A stretch of 51,799 bases of DNA from Candidatus Pacearchaeota archaeon (GCA_017608405.1 JAFCFX010000003.1:1-51799); one strand, 5' to 3'; shown: positions 34,645 to 43,385, counted from the stretch's first letter. Made by a program: numbers and translations. Notes: a model not told the origin generated them from the letters alone.

Positions 34645-35318
34645 AGTGTATTATTTTTGATGCGAGCACTTTAATTACTCTATCAATGAATGGTTTATTT
34701 GAAGAATTTAGAAATTTAAAAAAATCTTTTAATGGAAAATTTATAATAACAAAAGAAGTTAAAAAAGAGATTATTGGCAAGCCATTAACAATAAAAAGAT
34801 TTGAGCTAGAAGCATTAAAACTTAAACAATTATTTGATGAAAAAATTCTTGAGCTTCCAGAAAGTATTGGAATAAATAGCGAAGATGTTTCAAAAAAGAT
34901 TAATAGTTTTTTAGATGTTGCAAATTCGACTTTCGTAGGGAGAGGCAAAGAAATACATTTAATTGATTTGGGAGAATCTTCTTGCTTAGCTTTGAGTGAG
35001 ATTTTAAATAAGAAAAAAATTGAAAACATAATTGCTGTTGATGAAAGAACAATGAGGATGTTGTGTGAAATGCCTGAAAATTTAAACAGATTGCTCGGTA
35101 AAAAACTACACACAAGAATAACTTCAAAAAAAGAAAATTTCAAACATTTTCAAGGGTTTAAATTAATTAGGTCTGCTGAATTAGTTTATATTGCATACAA
35201 AAAAGGACTTATAAAATTAAAAGATGGTCCTGTTCTTGATGCTTTACTTTACGCTGTCAAATTCAAAGGATGCTCAATTTCTGATGAAGAAATAGAAGAG
35301 ATAAAAAAACTAAGATAG
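34641..35318 (+). CDS. PIN-like (DUF3368-type) nucleic-acid-binding protein
   Basis: CIIFDASTLITLSMNGLFEEF...FIITKEVKKEI...DLGESSCLAL...IAVDERT fits the DUF3368/PIN acidic-residue pattern. Confidence 0.55.
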   Translation: MKCIIFDASTLITLSMNGLFEEFRNLKKSFNGKFIITKEVKKEIIGKPLTIKRFELEALKLKQLFDEKILELPESIGINSEDVSKKINSFLDVANSTFVGRGKEIHLIDLGESSCLALSEILNKKKIENIIAVDERTMRMLCEMPENLNRLLGKKLHTRITSKKENFKHFQGFKLIRSAELVYIAYKKGLIKLKDGPVLDALLYAVKFKGCSISDEEIEEIKKLR

Positions 35319-35359
35319 ATAAAGTTAAAAACAAATTATTTCTATTAATATTACCACTT

Positions 35360-35474
35360 GGGTGCGTAGTTTAGTGGTAAAATGGGCGGCTCCAGAGAAA
35401 GGCTTTAGTCTTCTCCTCTGTCTTGGTGAAAACGGAGAGACCGTCAGCTGGGGGTTCGATTCCCTCCGCGCCCA
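35360..35474 (+). tRNA. tRNA-Trp(CCA) with a 44-nt intron at 37/38
   Basis: Hand fold: acceptor GGGTGCG/CGCGCCC plus A73, anticodon stem GGCGG/CCGTC, loop CTCCAG|intron 35396-35439|A, T-arm GGGGG-TTCGATT-CCCTC. Confidence 0.85.
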
Positions 35475-35541
35475 TGGATGCGAATTTTAATTCGCGAACA
35501 TTGACGAAATCTGTTGATTTCAGTCTTGAGGAAGAATCCAA

Positions 35542-35817
35542 ATGAAGGCTCTAAAACCATCAATGAAAGAAAACAAGAGATATCTTTTAATTAGTGGGAA
35601 AAATCTAAAGGAAAATATAGAAAAAGCTATCTTAGATTTTGTCGGAATTGGGGGGATGTCTAAATTGGGGTTGAGTTATATTGAAACAGGAAAAGATTTT
35701 GTTATCATATGCATAAATAGGCAGGCTGTTGATTTAGTAAGGGCTTCTGTATGTGTTTGGCCTGAAAAAATCACAGTAAAAAAGGTTAGTGGAACCTTAA
35801 AAGGTCTGAAAGGGTAA
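35542..35817 (+). CDS. RNase P protein component Pop5 (Rpp14)
   Basis: LKPSMKENKRYLL... and C-terminal KKVSGTLKGLK match archaeal Pop5; first gene of the conserved proteasome/exosome superoperon. Confidence 0.7.
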   Translation: MKALKPSMKENKRYLLISGKNLKENIEKAILDFVGIGGMSKLGLSYIETGKDFVIICINRQAVDLVRASVCVWPEKITVKKVSGTLKGLKG

Positions 35818-35905
35818 AATTTAAAAACCCTAACTATTTCTAAATCGTGTAAGGAGAATAAAGAAAACAGATTAAATTATTATTAAATTCTCTAAAAATA
35901 TCAAA

Positions 35906-36628
35906 ATGGACATGCCAATAGACATGCAAAATCAAGCAATGGGCTATGATCGAACTGCGACAATGTTCTCGCCTGAAGGTCATTTGCTCCAAGTTGAATA
36001 TGCAGAAAAAACAGTAAGGCTCGGCACATCAAGTGTTGGTGTAGTTTGTACTGACGGAGTATTTATTTTGGCAGATAAAAGAAAAGATGTTCTTGTTACT
36101 ATGAAATCTGCAAGTAAAATTTATGAGATTGATGAACACATCATGGCAAGTGTAGCTGGAATTATGTCTGATGCTCGGGTTTTAATTGAAAAAGCTCAAG
36201 TATTGGGACAACAGCACAGAGTTACTTATGATTCTCCAATAGAACCTGAGATGATTACAAAAGAAATTTCAAATATAAAACAACAATTTAGTCAATATGG
36301 CGGAGCAAGACCCTTTGGAGTTTCTATAATGATTGCGGGATTAAATGATAAGAAACCAGAACTTTATACAAGTGATGTTACTGGAAACTATCTTTCATAT
36401 AAGGCAAATGCAATTGGAGAAAATGATGAAAAAATAAAAGAAAAATTAAGAGAAAAATATTCAAATGATTTAACAATAAAAAAAGGTGTTAAATTGACTT
36501 TAGATATTTTTAAAGAAATTCAAGAAAAAAAGTTTAATCTTGATAGATTTGAATTAGTTTATATTGATATTAGCGACGGTAAATTAAAACGTGCTGAAGG
36601 TGAAAAAATTAAAGAGTTTATGAAATAA
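35906..36628 (+). CDS. psmA: proteasome alpha subunit
   Basis: YDRTATMFSPEGHLLQVEYA, then GVVCTDGVFILADKR. Confidence 0.9.
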   Translation: MDMPIDMQNQAMGYDRTATMFSPEGHLLQVEYAEKTVRLGTSSVGVVCTDGVFILADKRKDVLVTMKSASKIYEIDEHIMASVAGIMSDARVLIEKAQVLGQQHRVTYDSPIEPEMITKEISNIKQQFSQYGGARPFGVSIMIAGLNDKKPELYTSDVTGNYLSYKANAIGENDEKIKEKLREKYSNDLTIKKGVKLTLDIFKEIQEKKFNLDRFELVYIDISDGKLKRAEGEKIKEFMK

Positions 36629-36629
36629 A

Positions 36630-37313
36630 ATGACAAACACATTATCAAGAATAAAAAAGGCAGGGAAAAATTTTGAAATCATTGTTGATTTAGATGATGC
36701 TTTGAAATTTAAAAAAGGAGAAATATCTTCAATAGAAGCAGAAGGAGATAAAGTTTTTACTGATTCAAAAAAAGGAGAGGTTCCATCTGAATCTGATTTA
36801 AAAGAAGCATTTGGAACAACAGATGTTAATGAAATTGTATCAAAAATAGTAAAAGAAGGGGAAGTTCAATTAACTCAAGAACATAGGGGTGCTGAACAAG
36901 AAAAGAAATTTAATCAAGTTGTGGATTTTTTAGCTACAAATGCTGTTGATCCTCAAACAGGTAATCCACATACAACCGAAAGGATTAAAAATGCTTTAGA
37001 ACAATCAAATGTTAACATAAAGAACACGTCAATTGATAACCAGATTAATGATATTCTTTTAGAGATAAGTAAAATTATCCCGATAAAAATTGAGACAAAA
37101 AAAGTCAAGATAACGGTCCCTGCAATGCATACTGGACAAGTTTACGGGATAGTTAATCAATATAAAGAAAAGGAAAACTGGCTTGATGACGGTAGTTTAG
37201 AAGTGCTTGTGAAAATTCCTGCTGGAATGATCATGAACTTTTATGATAAATTAAATTCAATAACGCACGGAAGCGCGTTAACAGAAGAAATACGAGAAAA
37301 CGAAAATGAGTGA
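36630..37313 (+). CDS. SBDS-family ribosome maturation protein
   Basis: SRIKKAGKNFEIIVDLDDALKFKKGE..., AFGTTDVNEIVSKIVKEGEVQLT. Confidence 0.85.
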   Translation: MTNTLSRIKKAGKNFEIIVDLDDALKFKKGEISSIEAEGDKVFTDSKKGEVPSESDLKEAFGTTDVNEIVSKIVKEGEVQLTQEHRGAEQEKKFNQVVDFLATNAVDPQTGNPHTTERIKNALEQSNVNIKNTSIDNQINDILLEISKIIPIKIETKKVKITVPAMHTGQVYGIVNQYKEKENWLDDGSLEVLVKIPAGMIMNFYDKLNSITHGSALTEEIRENENE

Positions 37314-37989
37314 AAATACAAGAAAAATAATCATACCTGGAGAAATAATTGTAAAAGGAGAAGAATTTTTACCTGGAGATGGAACAGAAAAAAGAGGACA
37401 AGAAATAGTTGCTCTTAGATATGGTTTAGCAGAAGAATCAAATAAACTTGTTAAAGTAATTCCCTTATCAGGGGTTTATCAGCCTAGAAGAGGGAATGTG
37501 GTGATTGGACAAGTTGAAAATATTAATTTCAATGGTTGGTTCCTTAATATTGGTGCTGTTGATAATGGTTTTTTATCTTTAATGGAAGTTCCAAGATATG
37601 TAAACAAGGATGGATTAGAAGAAGTTATGAAAATTGGGGACTCTGTTGTTGTAAAGATCTGGTCAATTAATAAGAGGGGAATTGATTTGAGTATTAAATC
37701 AAGAGGCTTAGGAAAAATAGAAGAAGGATTAATAATCAAAGTAAATCCAAACAAAGTTCCAAGGATTATTGGAAAAGAGGGAAGCATGATAAAAATGATA
37801 AAAGATGAAACAGGATGCAATATAACTGTTGGGCAAAATGGATTAATTTGGATTAAAGGAGATAAAATAGAAAATGAACTTTATGCTAAAAAAGCGATTT
37901 TATTTGTTGCTGAAAAGTCTTTTATATCTGGGTTAACAGATGAAGTTAAAAAATGGTTTGAAAGTGAAAATAAAGGAGGAAAGAAATAA
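37306..37989 (+). CDS. rrp4: exosome RNA-binding subunit Rrp4 (S1 + KH)
   Basis: IIPGEIIV, PRRGNVVIGQVENINFNGWFLNIG (S1), KVPRIIGKEGSMIKMIKDETGCNITVGQNGLIWI (KH). Confidence 0.9.
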   Translation: MSENTRKIIIPGEIIVKGEEFLPGDGTEKRGQEIVALRYGLAEESNKLVKVIPLSGVYQPRRGNVVIGQVENINFNGWFLNIGAVDNGFLSLMEVPRYVNKDGLEEVMKIGDSVVVKIWSINKRGIDLSIKSRGLGKIEEGLIIKVNPNKVPRIIGKEGSMIKMIKDETGCNITVGQNGLIWIKGDKIENELYAKKAILFVAEKSFISGLTDEVKKWFESENKGGKK

Positions 37990-38687
37990 TGGTCTTTAAA
38001 AGAGAAGATGGAAGAAAACCTGAAGAATTACGTAAACCAATAAATGCAAAAGTGGGAATTATCCCAAATGCTGATGGTAGTGCGATGTACCAATCAGGGG
38101 AAACTATTGCTATCGCTGCTGTATATGGTCCTAAAGAACATCATCCGAGAAATCAAAGAAACCCCCGGAAAGGAACTTTAAGATGTAATTATAATATGCT
38201 TAGTTTTTCAGTTACAGATAGAATTAGGCCTGGCCCCTCTAGAAGGAGTACTGAAATAAGTAAAATTACAGAATGGGCTTTGACCCCAGTAGTAATGTTA
38301 GAAAAATATCCTAATATGGTTATTGATGTTCACATACACATGATTCAAGCTGACGCTGGAACAAGATGTGCAGGAATTAATGCTGCTGCAATGGCTCTTG
38401 CTCATGCTGGAATCCCTATGAAAAATTTAGTTTCTAGTGTTGCTGCTGGAAAATTAGATAAGACAGTGGTCTTAGATTTGGATAAACATGAAGAAGATTT
38501 TGAAGAAGGAGAAGGATCAACAGATATTCCTATTACAATGACTCCTGATGGAGAAATAACCCATATACAACTTGATGGGAAAATAACAAGTAAACAATTA
38601 AAAGAAGCTATAGAAATGGCAAAAAAAGCAAGTAAAGAAATTTATGAAATTCAGAAAAAAGCTTTGAAAGAGGTGGGAGAAAAATGA
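37989..38687 (+). CDS. rrp41: exosome RNase PH subunit Rrp41
   Basis: REDGRKPEELRKP...DGSAMYQSGETIAIAAVYGPKE...DAGTRCAGINAAAMAL. Confidence 0.9.
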   Translation: MVFKREDGRKPEELRKPINAKVGIIPNADGSAMYQSGETIAIAAVYGPKEHHPRNQRNPRKGTLRCNYNMLSFSVTDRIRPGPSRRSTEISKITEWALTPVVMLEKYPNMVIDVHIHMIQADAGTRCAGINAAAMALAHAGIPMKNLVSSVAAGKLDKTVVLDLDKHEEDFEEGEGSTDIPITMTPDGEITHIQLDGKITSKQLKEAIEMAKKASKEIYEIQKKALKEVGEK

Positions 38688-39481
38688 TAACCTCAAAAAT
38701 AACAGGAGATAGAATCAAATCATATTTAGAACAAGGTAAAAGATTTGATAATAGAAAACTAGAAGAATTTAGAAAAATAGAAATTGAAACAGGTATTTCA
38801 AAAAATGCTGAAGGATCTGCTAGAGTTAAATTAGGAGACACAGAGGTTTTAGTTGGAATAAAAATGAATGTGGGGGAACCATATCCAGATTCACCTGATA
38901 AAGGAAATTTAATGGTAACAGCTGAATTACTTCCATTAAGTTCTGAAAGATTTGAAAATGGACCTCCAAGATTCCCTGCAATTGAGTTGGGGAGAGTATT
39001 AGATAGATGTGTCAGAGAAAGCAAATTTATTGATGTTGAAAAATTATGTATTAAAAAAGGTGAAAAAGTATGGACTATTTTTATTGATGTTTATTCAATA
39101 AATGATGATGGAAATCTTTTAGACGCTGCTGGAATGGGAATTATAGCTGCATTAAAAAATGCAAAGATTCCAAAATATGATGAAAAAGAAGAAAAAGTAT
39201 TATATGGTGAATTAACAAACACAAGTATTCCCTTATCTAAAGATACTCCCTTATCTCTTACTTATCATAAAATTGGAAATTCAATAGTTGTTGATCCTAC
39301 TAGAGAAGAAGAAGATCTAAGTGAAGCAAGAGTTACAATCGGTAGCAATAATGGCATAATTTCTTCTATGCAAAAAGGAGAAGAAACAGCATTGACAATA
39401 GAAGAAATAAATAGAATATTAGACACGAATGAAAAAGTCTGGAAAGAAGTTTTTAAAAACATTGAGAAACATATAAAATAA
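38684..39481 (+). CDS. rrp42: exosome RNase PH-like subunit Rrp42
   Basis: GKRFDNRKLEEFRKIEIETGISKNAEGSARVKLGDTEVLVGIK; follows rrp41 with a 4-nt overlap. Confidence 0.9.
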   Translation: MITSKITGDRIKSYLEQGKRFDNRKLEEFRKIEIETGISKNAEGSARVKLGDTEVLVGIKMNVGEPYPDSPDKGNLMVTAELLPLSSERFENGPPRFPAIELGRVLDRCVRESKFIDVEKLCIKKGEKVWTIFIDVYSINDDGNLLDAAGMGIIAALKNAKIPKYDEKEEKVLYGELTNTSIPLSKDTPLSLTYHKIGNSIVVDPTREEEDLSEARVTIGSNNGIISSMQKGEETALTIEEINRILDTNEKVWKEVFKNIEKHIK

Positions 39482-39482
39482 G

Positions 39483-39857
39483 ATGGCAGTTCAAGATTTT
39501 TCAAAATATGAAAATGCAAGAATTCTTGGAGCAAGAGCATTGCAAATTGCAATGAATGCGCCACTTTTAATTAAAATTAGTGATGAAGACTTAGAAAAAA
39601 TAAAATTTGATGCTCTTAAAATTGCAGAAGTTGAATTAAATTCAGATATCCTTCCAATTTCCATACACAAACCTTTTCCAAAGAGAAAAGGAGGGGAATT
39701 AAAAAGACCTAAAGAGAAAAAGATAAAAGACAAAGAAATTGAAGAAATGGAAGCTAAAGAAGAAGAGGAAATTGCAAAAGAAGGGGAAATAATGCAACTT
39801 GCAACTCCTGAAGATGAGCAAGATAATGAAAGTTCTTCTGGAAGTGGTGAAGAGTAA
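39483..39857 (+). CDS. rpoK: RNA polymerase subunit K (Rpo6) with a long charged C-terminal extension
   Basis: KYENARILGARALQIAMNAPLLIK core, followed by ~65 aa of K/E-rich sequence. Confidence 0.8.
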   Translation: MAVQDFSKYENARILGARALQIAMNAPLLIKISDEDLEKIKFDALKIAEVELNSDILPISIHKPFPKRKGGELKRPKEKKIKDKEIEEMEAKEEEEIAKEGEIMQLATPEDEQDNESSSGSGEE

Positions 39858-39893
39858 GGAAAAAATTATAAACTGATTTTCTTTGAGTAAATT

Positions 39894-41048
39894 ATGAAGA
39901 TTAAGGGAGTTGATGCTAAGGCCATATTAGATTCTAGAAAAGACAAAACAATTATGGTTTTGATTAAAACAAATGTTGGGAATTTTTCTGCGTCTTCTCC
40001 AAATGGGAAATCAACAGGAAAATATGAAAAAAAAATCTATAAGAAAGATCTTGAATCAGATATTAAAGCAATAAAAGATTTTAATGAATATTTTTCAGAG
40101 GAATCAATAGATAAATTTGAAGACTTACGAAGAATTGAAGATATTGTCGAGGGCCATGTTGGAGCAAATACTTTATTTGCTTTAGAATCAGTTGTATTGA
40201 AAGCACTAGCAAAGGAACAAAAAAAACAAGTTTGGGAATTAATAAATAATAATGCAAAAAAAATGCCGAGACTTGTTGGCAACTGTATTGGTGGAGGGGC
40301 ACATTCTGATTCTCAAAAAAAACCAGATATTCAAGAATTTGAATTAATTTCAAATTCCAAAACAATAAAAGAAGCATATGAAATAAATAAAAAAGCAAAA
40401 AAACAAGTTAAAATTTTTCTTGAAGAATATGATGAGAAATTTAAAGGCGAAAAAAATGATGAAAATGCGTGGATGACTTGTTTAACTGACAAAGAAGTTT
40501 TAGATGTATTAAAAAAAGTAAAACTTCCTTTGGGTTTAGATGTTGCTGCTTCTAGTTTTTATAAAAGAAAAAAATATCACTATGAAAATCCTATGTTTAA
40601 GAGAACTATCTTAGAACAAGAATCATATTTATCTAATTTAATTAAAAATTTTAATTTATTTTATATTGAAGATCCCTTTGAAGAAGAAGATTTTGAAAGT
40701 TTTGCAAAATTAACTAAAAAATTTCCAAAATCATTGATTGTTGGAGATGATTTAATTGTAACAAATTCAAAAAGATTTGAAAAAGCAATTAAGATGAAAA
40801 GTATAAATGCTATAATTGTGAAGCCCAATCAATGTGGTTCTTTACTCGAAGTAAAAAGAGTATGTGAATTAGCAAAACAAAATAATATTAAAATTGTTTT
40901 TTCCCATAGGAGTGGGGAAACAGATGAAACAATTCTAGCTGATTTAGCATTTGGTTTTAATGCTGATTTTTTTAAGTGTGGTATTGAAGGGGATGCCAGA
41001 GAAGAAAAAATCAAGAGGTTAATTGCAATCGAAAAAAGCCTGGCCTAG
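39894..41048 (+). CDS. eno: enolase (short, divergent)
   Basis: ILDSRKDKTI, PNGKSTG, YIEDPFEEEDF, VGDDLIVTN, IVKPNQCGSL, SHRSGETDET; attataaa box 21 nt before the ATG. Confidence 0.8.
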   Translation: MKIKGVDAKAILDSRKDKTIMVLIKTNVGNFSASSPNGKSTGKYEKKIYKKDLESDIKAIKDFNEYFSEESIDKFEDLRRIEDIVEGHVGANTLFALESVVLKALAKEQKKQVWELINNNAKKMPRLVGNCIGGGAHSDSQKKPDIQEFELISNSKTIKEAYEINKKAKKQVKIFLEEYDEKFKGEKNDENAWMTCLTDKEVLDVLKKVKLPLGLDVAASSFYKRKKYHYENPMFKRTILEQESYLSNLIKNFNLFYIEDPFEEEDFESFAKLTKKFPKSLIVGDDLIVTNSKRFEKAIKMKSINAIIVKPNQCGSLLEVKRVCELAKQNNIKIVFSHRSGETDETILADLAFGFNADFFKCGIEGDAREEKIKRLIAIEKSLA

Positions 41049-41273
41049 GGCTTCTTCTAAATCATCCCAGATAATTCCTGGTAAACCTAATTCTCTTTTT
41101 AAAAAAACAAGGCCTTCAAAAAAATCAAATTTAGGAGTTTCTCTTATGTTTTTGTAATTTAAATGTCTATAACAAAAAGTGCAGAAATTTTTTTGTTGCA
41201 CAGGGTATAAGTGACCTTGAGTATCACATTTATAATATCTTTTTCTTAAATGATGAACTAGTTTTGCTTGCAT
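41019..41273 (-). CDS. possible small Cys-containing hypothetical protein
   Basis: 84-aa ORF filling the eno-rps2 gap and overlapping the eno 3' end by 30 nt; no family recognised, may be spurious. Confidence 0.25.
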   Translation of the reverse strand: MQAKLVHHLRKRYYKCDTQGHLYPVQQKNFCTFCYRHLNYKNIRETPKFDFFEGLVFLKRELGLPGIIWDDLEEALGQAFFDCN

Positions 41274-41353
41274 GCATATTTAACTTAAGATTTTATAATT
41301 TAATAGTTTTTGCAATAGAAAACCTTTTTAAACTAATTTTCATCTCAATTCCT

Positions 41354-42139
41354 ATGAGTGAAGAAAAAATTGAAAAATTAAAGGGGAAAGAATTAGAAGC
41401 TGAAGCTGAAAAAGAATCATTAGCAACTGAAAAACCTGAAAAGTCAATTGAAGAAAGAAAAAAAGAATTACTAAAAAGAGTTAAAAAACTTAAAGAGAAA
41501 GTTGATGTTACTAAAACAGAAGAGTTGAAAGAACAAGTTAAGATTAAGAAAAGAACAGACATGCTTATCCCCCTTGAAGAATATGTAAAAGCAGGTATTT
41601 ACCTTGGAACAAAGGTTGTAACTCCGGACATGAGACCCTTTGTTTATAGAAGGAGGGCAGACGGATTAGCTATTTTTAATACAGATTTAATTGATGAAAA
41701 AATAAAAGAAGGAATTGATTATTTAAGTAAGTTTAATGCAGAAGATATTATTCTTGTTTGCAAGAGACAGGCAGGTTGGAAAGCTGCAGAAATGTTTTCT
41801 AAACTAACAGGGATAAGAGTATTTACAAAAAAATATCCTGCAGGGGTTTTAACAAACATTCAATTACCTGATTTTTTTGAAAATGAATTAACAATTGTTA
41901 CTGACTCATGGCTCGATAAAAATTCACTAAATGATACTGTAAAAATTCATAAGAAAGTCTTAATGATTTGCGATACAAATAATTTTGCAAAAGGTTCTAA
42001 TAAAGTAATTATTGGAAACAACAAGAGTGCAAAAAGTTTAGGAGTTATTTTCTATTTACTTGCAAGAGGATATTGCAAAGAAAAAAATATCAAAGCAAAT
42101 ATTCCTGATTTAGAGTGGTGGACTGGGGAGAAAGAATAA
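41354..42139 (+). CDS. rps2: ribosomal protein S2 (uS2) with a K/E-rich N-terminal extension
   Basis: LIPLEEYVKAGIYLGTKVVTPDMRPFVYRRRADGLAIFN...; start set at ATG 41354 (MSEEKIEKL). Confidence 0.9.
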   Translation: MSEEKIEKLKGKELEAEAEKESLATEKPEKSIEERKKELLKRVKKLKEKVDVTKTEELKEQVKIKKRTDMLIPLEEYVKAGIYLGTKVVTPDMRPFVYRRRADGLAIFNTDLIDEKIKEGIDYLSKFNAEDIILVCKRQAGWKAAEMFSKLTGIRVFTKKYPAGVLTNIQLPDFFENELTIVTDSWLDKNSLNDTVKIHKKVLMICDTNNFAKGSNKVIIGNNKSAKSLGVIFYLLARGYCKEKNIKANIPDLEWWTGEKE

Positions 42140-42592
42140 TCACAATTTAAAAAAAAGCCAGCTCTTATCAGGCTTGTTTCCGTATTTTGTTTTTATCAAA
42201 GCATATTTTCCCTTGAGTTTTTTTCCCTTAATATTTATTAAAATTTCTTTTAGATTCTTTTTCTCAATAGTATAAGTTCCTTGATCCCAAATCTTTACTG
42301 TTCCTGCACCATAACTGCCTTCTGGAATTGTTCCTTGAAACTTTGCATAACTCAGGGGATGATCTTCAACTTGTATTGCTAATCTTTTTAATGATTTTTT
42401 TCTTGGGGGTTGTTTTGGGACTGCCCAACTCTTAAGAACATGATTCATTTCTAATCTTAAATCCCAATGAAGATGTGATGCATTATGCTCGTGAATAACA
42501 TAAACCAATTTTTTTCCAGAAGCCTTGGATTTTGTATCTGGCTCACCTGATTTCTTTAAGTTTCGTTTTTTCTTATATTGTGTTAAAGTCAT
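42140..42592 (-). CDS. stand-alone LigD-type 3'-phosphoesterase (PE) domain protein
   Basis: LTQYKKKRNLKKSGEP, YVIHEHNASHLHWDLRLE, LKSWAVPKQPP, VEDHPLSYAKFQGTIPEGSYGAGTVKIWDQGTY. Confidence 0.8.
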   Translation of the reverse strand: MTLTQYKKKRNLKKSGEPDTKSKASGKKLVYVIHEHNASHLHWDLRLEMNHVLKSWAVPKQPPRKKSLKRLAIQVEDHPLSYAKFQGTIPEGSYGAGTVKIWDQGTYTIEKKNLKEILINIKGKKLKGKYALIKTKYGNKPDKSWLFFKL

Positions 42593-42612
42593 ATATTCTA
42601 GAGGATAATTAT

Positions 42613-42621
42613 TTTTATAAA
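42613..42621 (+). promoter_or_regulatory. TATA box for the phage-like cassette
   Basis: TTTTATAAA ends 28 nt before ATG 42650, in the 57-nt divergent spacer shared with the LigD-PE gene. Confidence 0.4.
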
Positions 42622-42649
42622 CATTTCTTGATGTGCTTAATTAACTCAA

Positions 42650-43024
42650 ATGGCAAAGGAATATGAAACCAAAGTAAAAAAACTAATTGATTTTAAAACA
42701 GGTGCAAAAAGAGATAGTAATCTGGGTAAAGGAGCATTTGAATTAATTAGTCCTATTGCATTAGCAAGATTATCAAAAGTCTATGAAAGAGGAGCTGTTC
42801 AAAAAGGGGCAAGAAACTGGGAACAGGGCTTTCCAATGAGCAGGGGAGTCCAGTCTGCAATAAGGCATATATTTCAGTTTTTAGAAGGAATGAGAGATGA
42901 AGATCACTTGGCTCAAGCAGCATGGAATTTATTTGCAGTCATGCATTTTGAAGAATGTATAGAAAGGGGCATTCTTCCAAAAGAATTAAATGATTTGCCA
43001 GATTATATTAAGGAAAATGAGTAA
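42650..43024 (+). CDS. phage-type dATP/dGTP diphosphohydrolase-like domain protein (DUF5664-like)
   Basis: KRDSNLGKGAFELISPIALARLSKVYERGAVQKGARNWEQGFPMSRGVQSAIRHIFQFLEG..EDHLAQAAWNLFAVMHF matches my memory of the family consensus (K..D.gK.r.dLip...l..la.v...Ga.KY...NW..G......l.a..RH). Confidence 0.55.
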   Translation: MAKEYETKVKKLIDFKTGAKRDSNLGKGAFELISPIALARLSKVYERGAVQKGARNWEQGFPMSRGVQSAIRHIFQFLEGMRDEDHLAQAAWNLFAVMHFEECIERGILPKELNDLPDYIKENE

Positions 43025-43385
43025 AAATTTAGTCATGAAGTCGCGGATAAGAAAAATTAAGCAAGTTCCTAGAAAGACCTGTGGAAGTTGTAGTCACGAA
43101 AAAAATTTTGAAGATTATGGGGATGAAGAGAGTCATGATGAAGAAAAAAAAATAGAAATTTCAGAGAGAGAATTTGATATGACTGTAGATGAGGTTTTAA
43201 AGAGAAACTATCAAGAAGCAGATACTTTAACTATAGAAAGAAGAGAATATCAAGATTTAATGTATGTAAAAGGAAGAGATAAAAAATATGATGGCAAAAG
43301 ATTAGTTTATTATAAACAAGGAAAAAGCATAGGATATAATGTGGTTGACAAGGAAGAAGCTGGATTCAATAACGGAGGAAAGTAA
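43017..43385 (+). CDS. hypothetical protein
   Basis: 122 aa from ATG 43017 (8-nt overlap with the upstream ORF); CGSCSH near the N-terminus, acidic middle; no family recognised. Confidence 0.45.
   Translation: MSKNLVMKSRIRKIKQVPRKTCGSCSHEKNFEDYGDEESHDEEKKIEISEREFDMTVDEVLKRNYQEADTLTIERREYQDLMYVKGRDKKYDGKRLVYYKQGKSIGYNVVDKEEAGFNNGGK

Noticed and set aside
34637-35143. 168-aa minus-strand ORF
   Set aside because: It is antisense to the PIN-like gene 34641-35318. It is rich in Phe/Ser/Leu and has no motif.
35396-35439. Idea that the tRNA-Trp intron encodes a C/D box guide RNA, as in some Euryarchaeota
   Set aside because: The 44-nt intron has no RUGAUGA C box and no CUGA D box, and it is too short for a dual guide.
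38608-39024. 138-aa minus-strand ORF
   Set aside because: It is antisense to the rrp41/rrp42 junction, and both of those genes are strongly supported.
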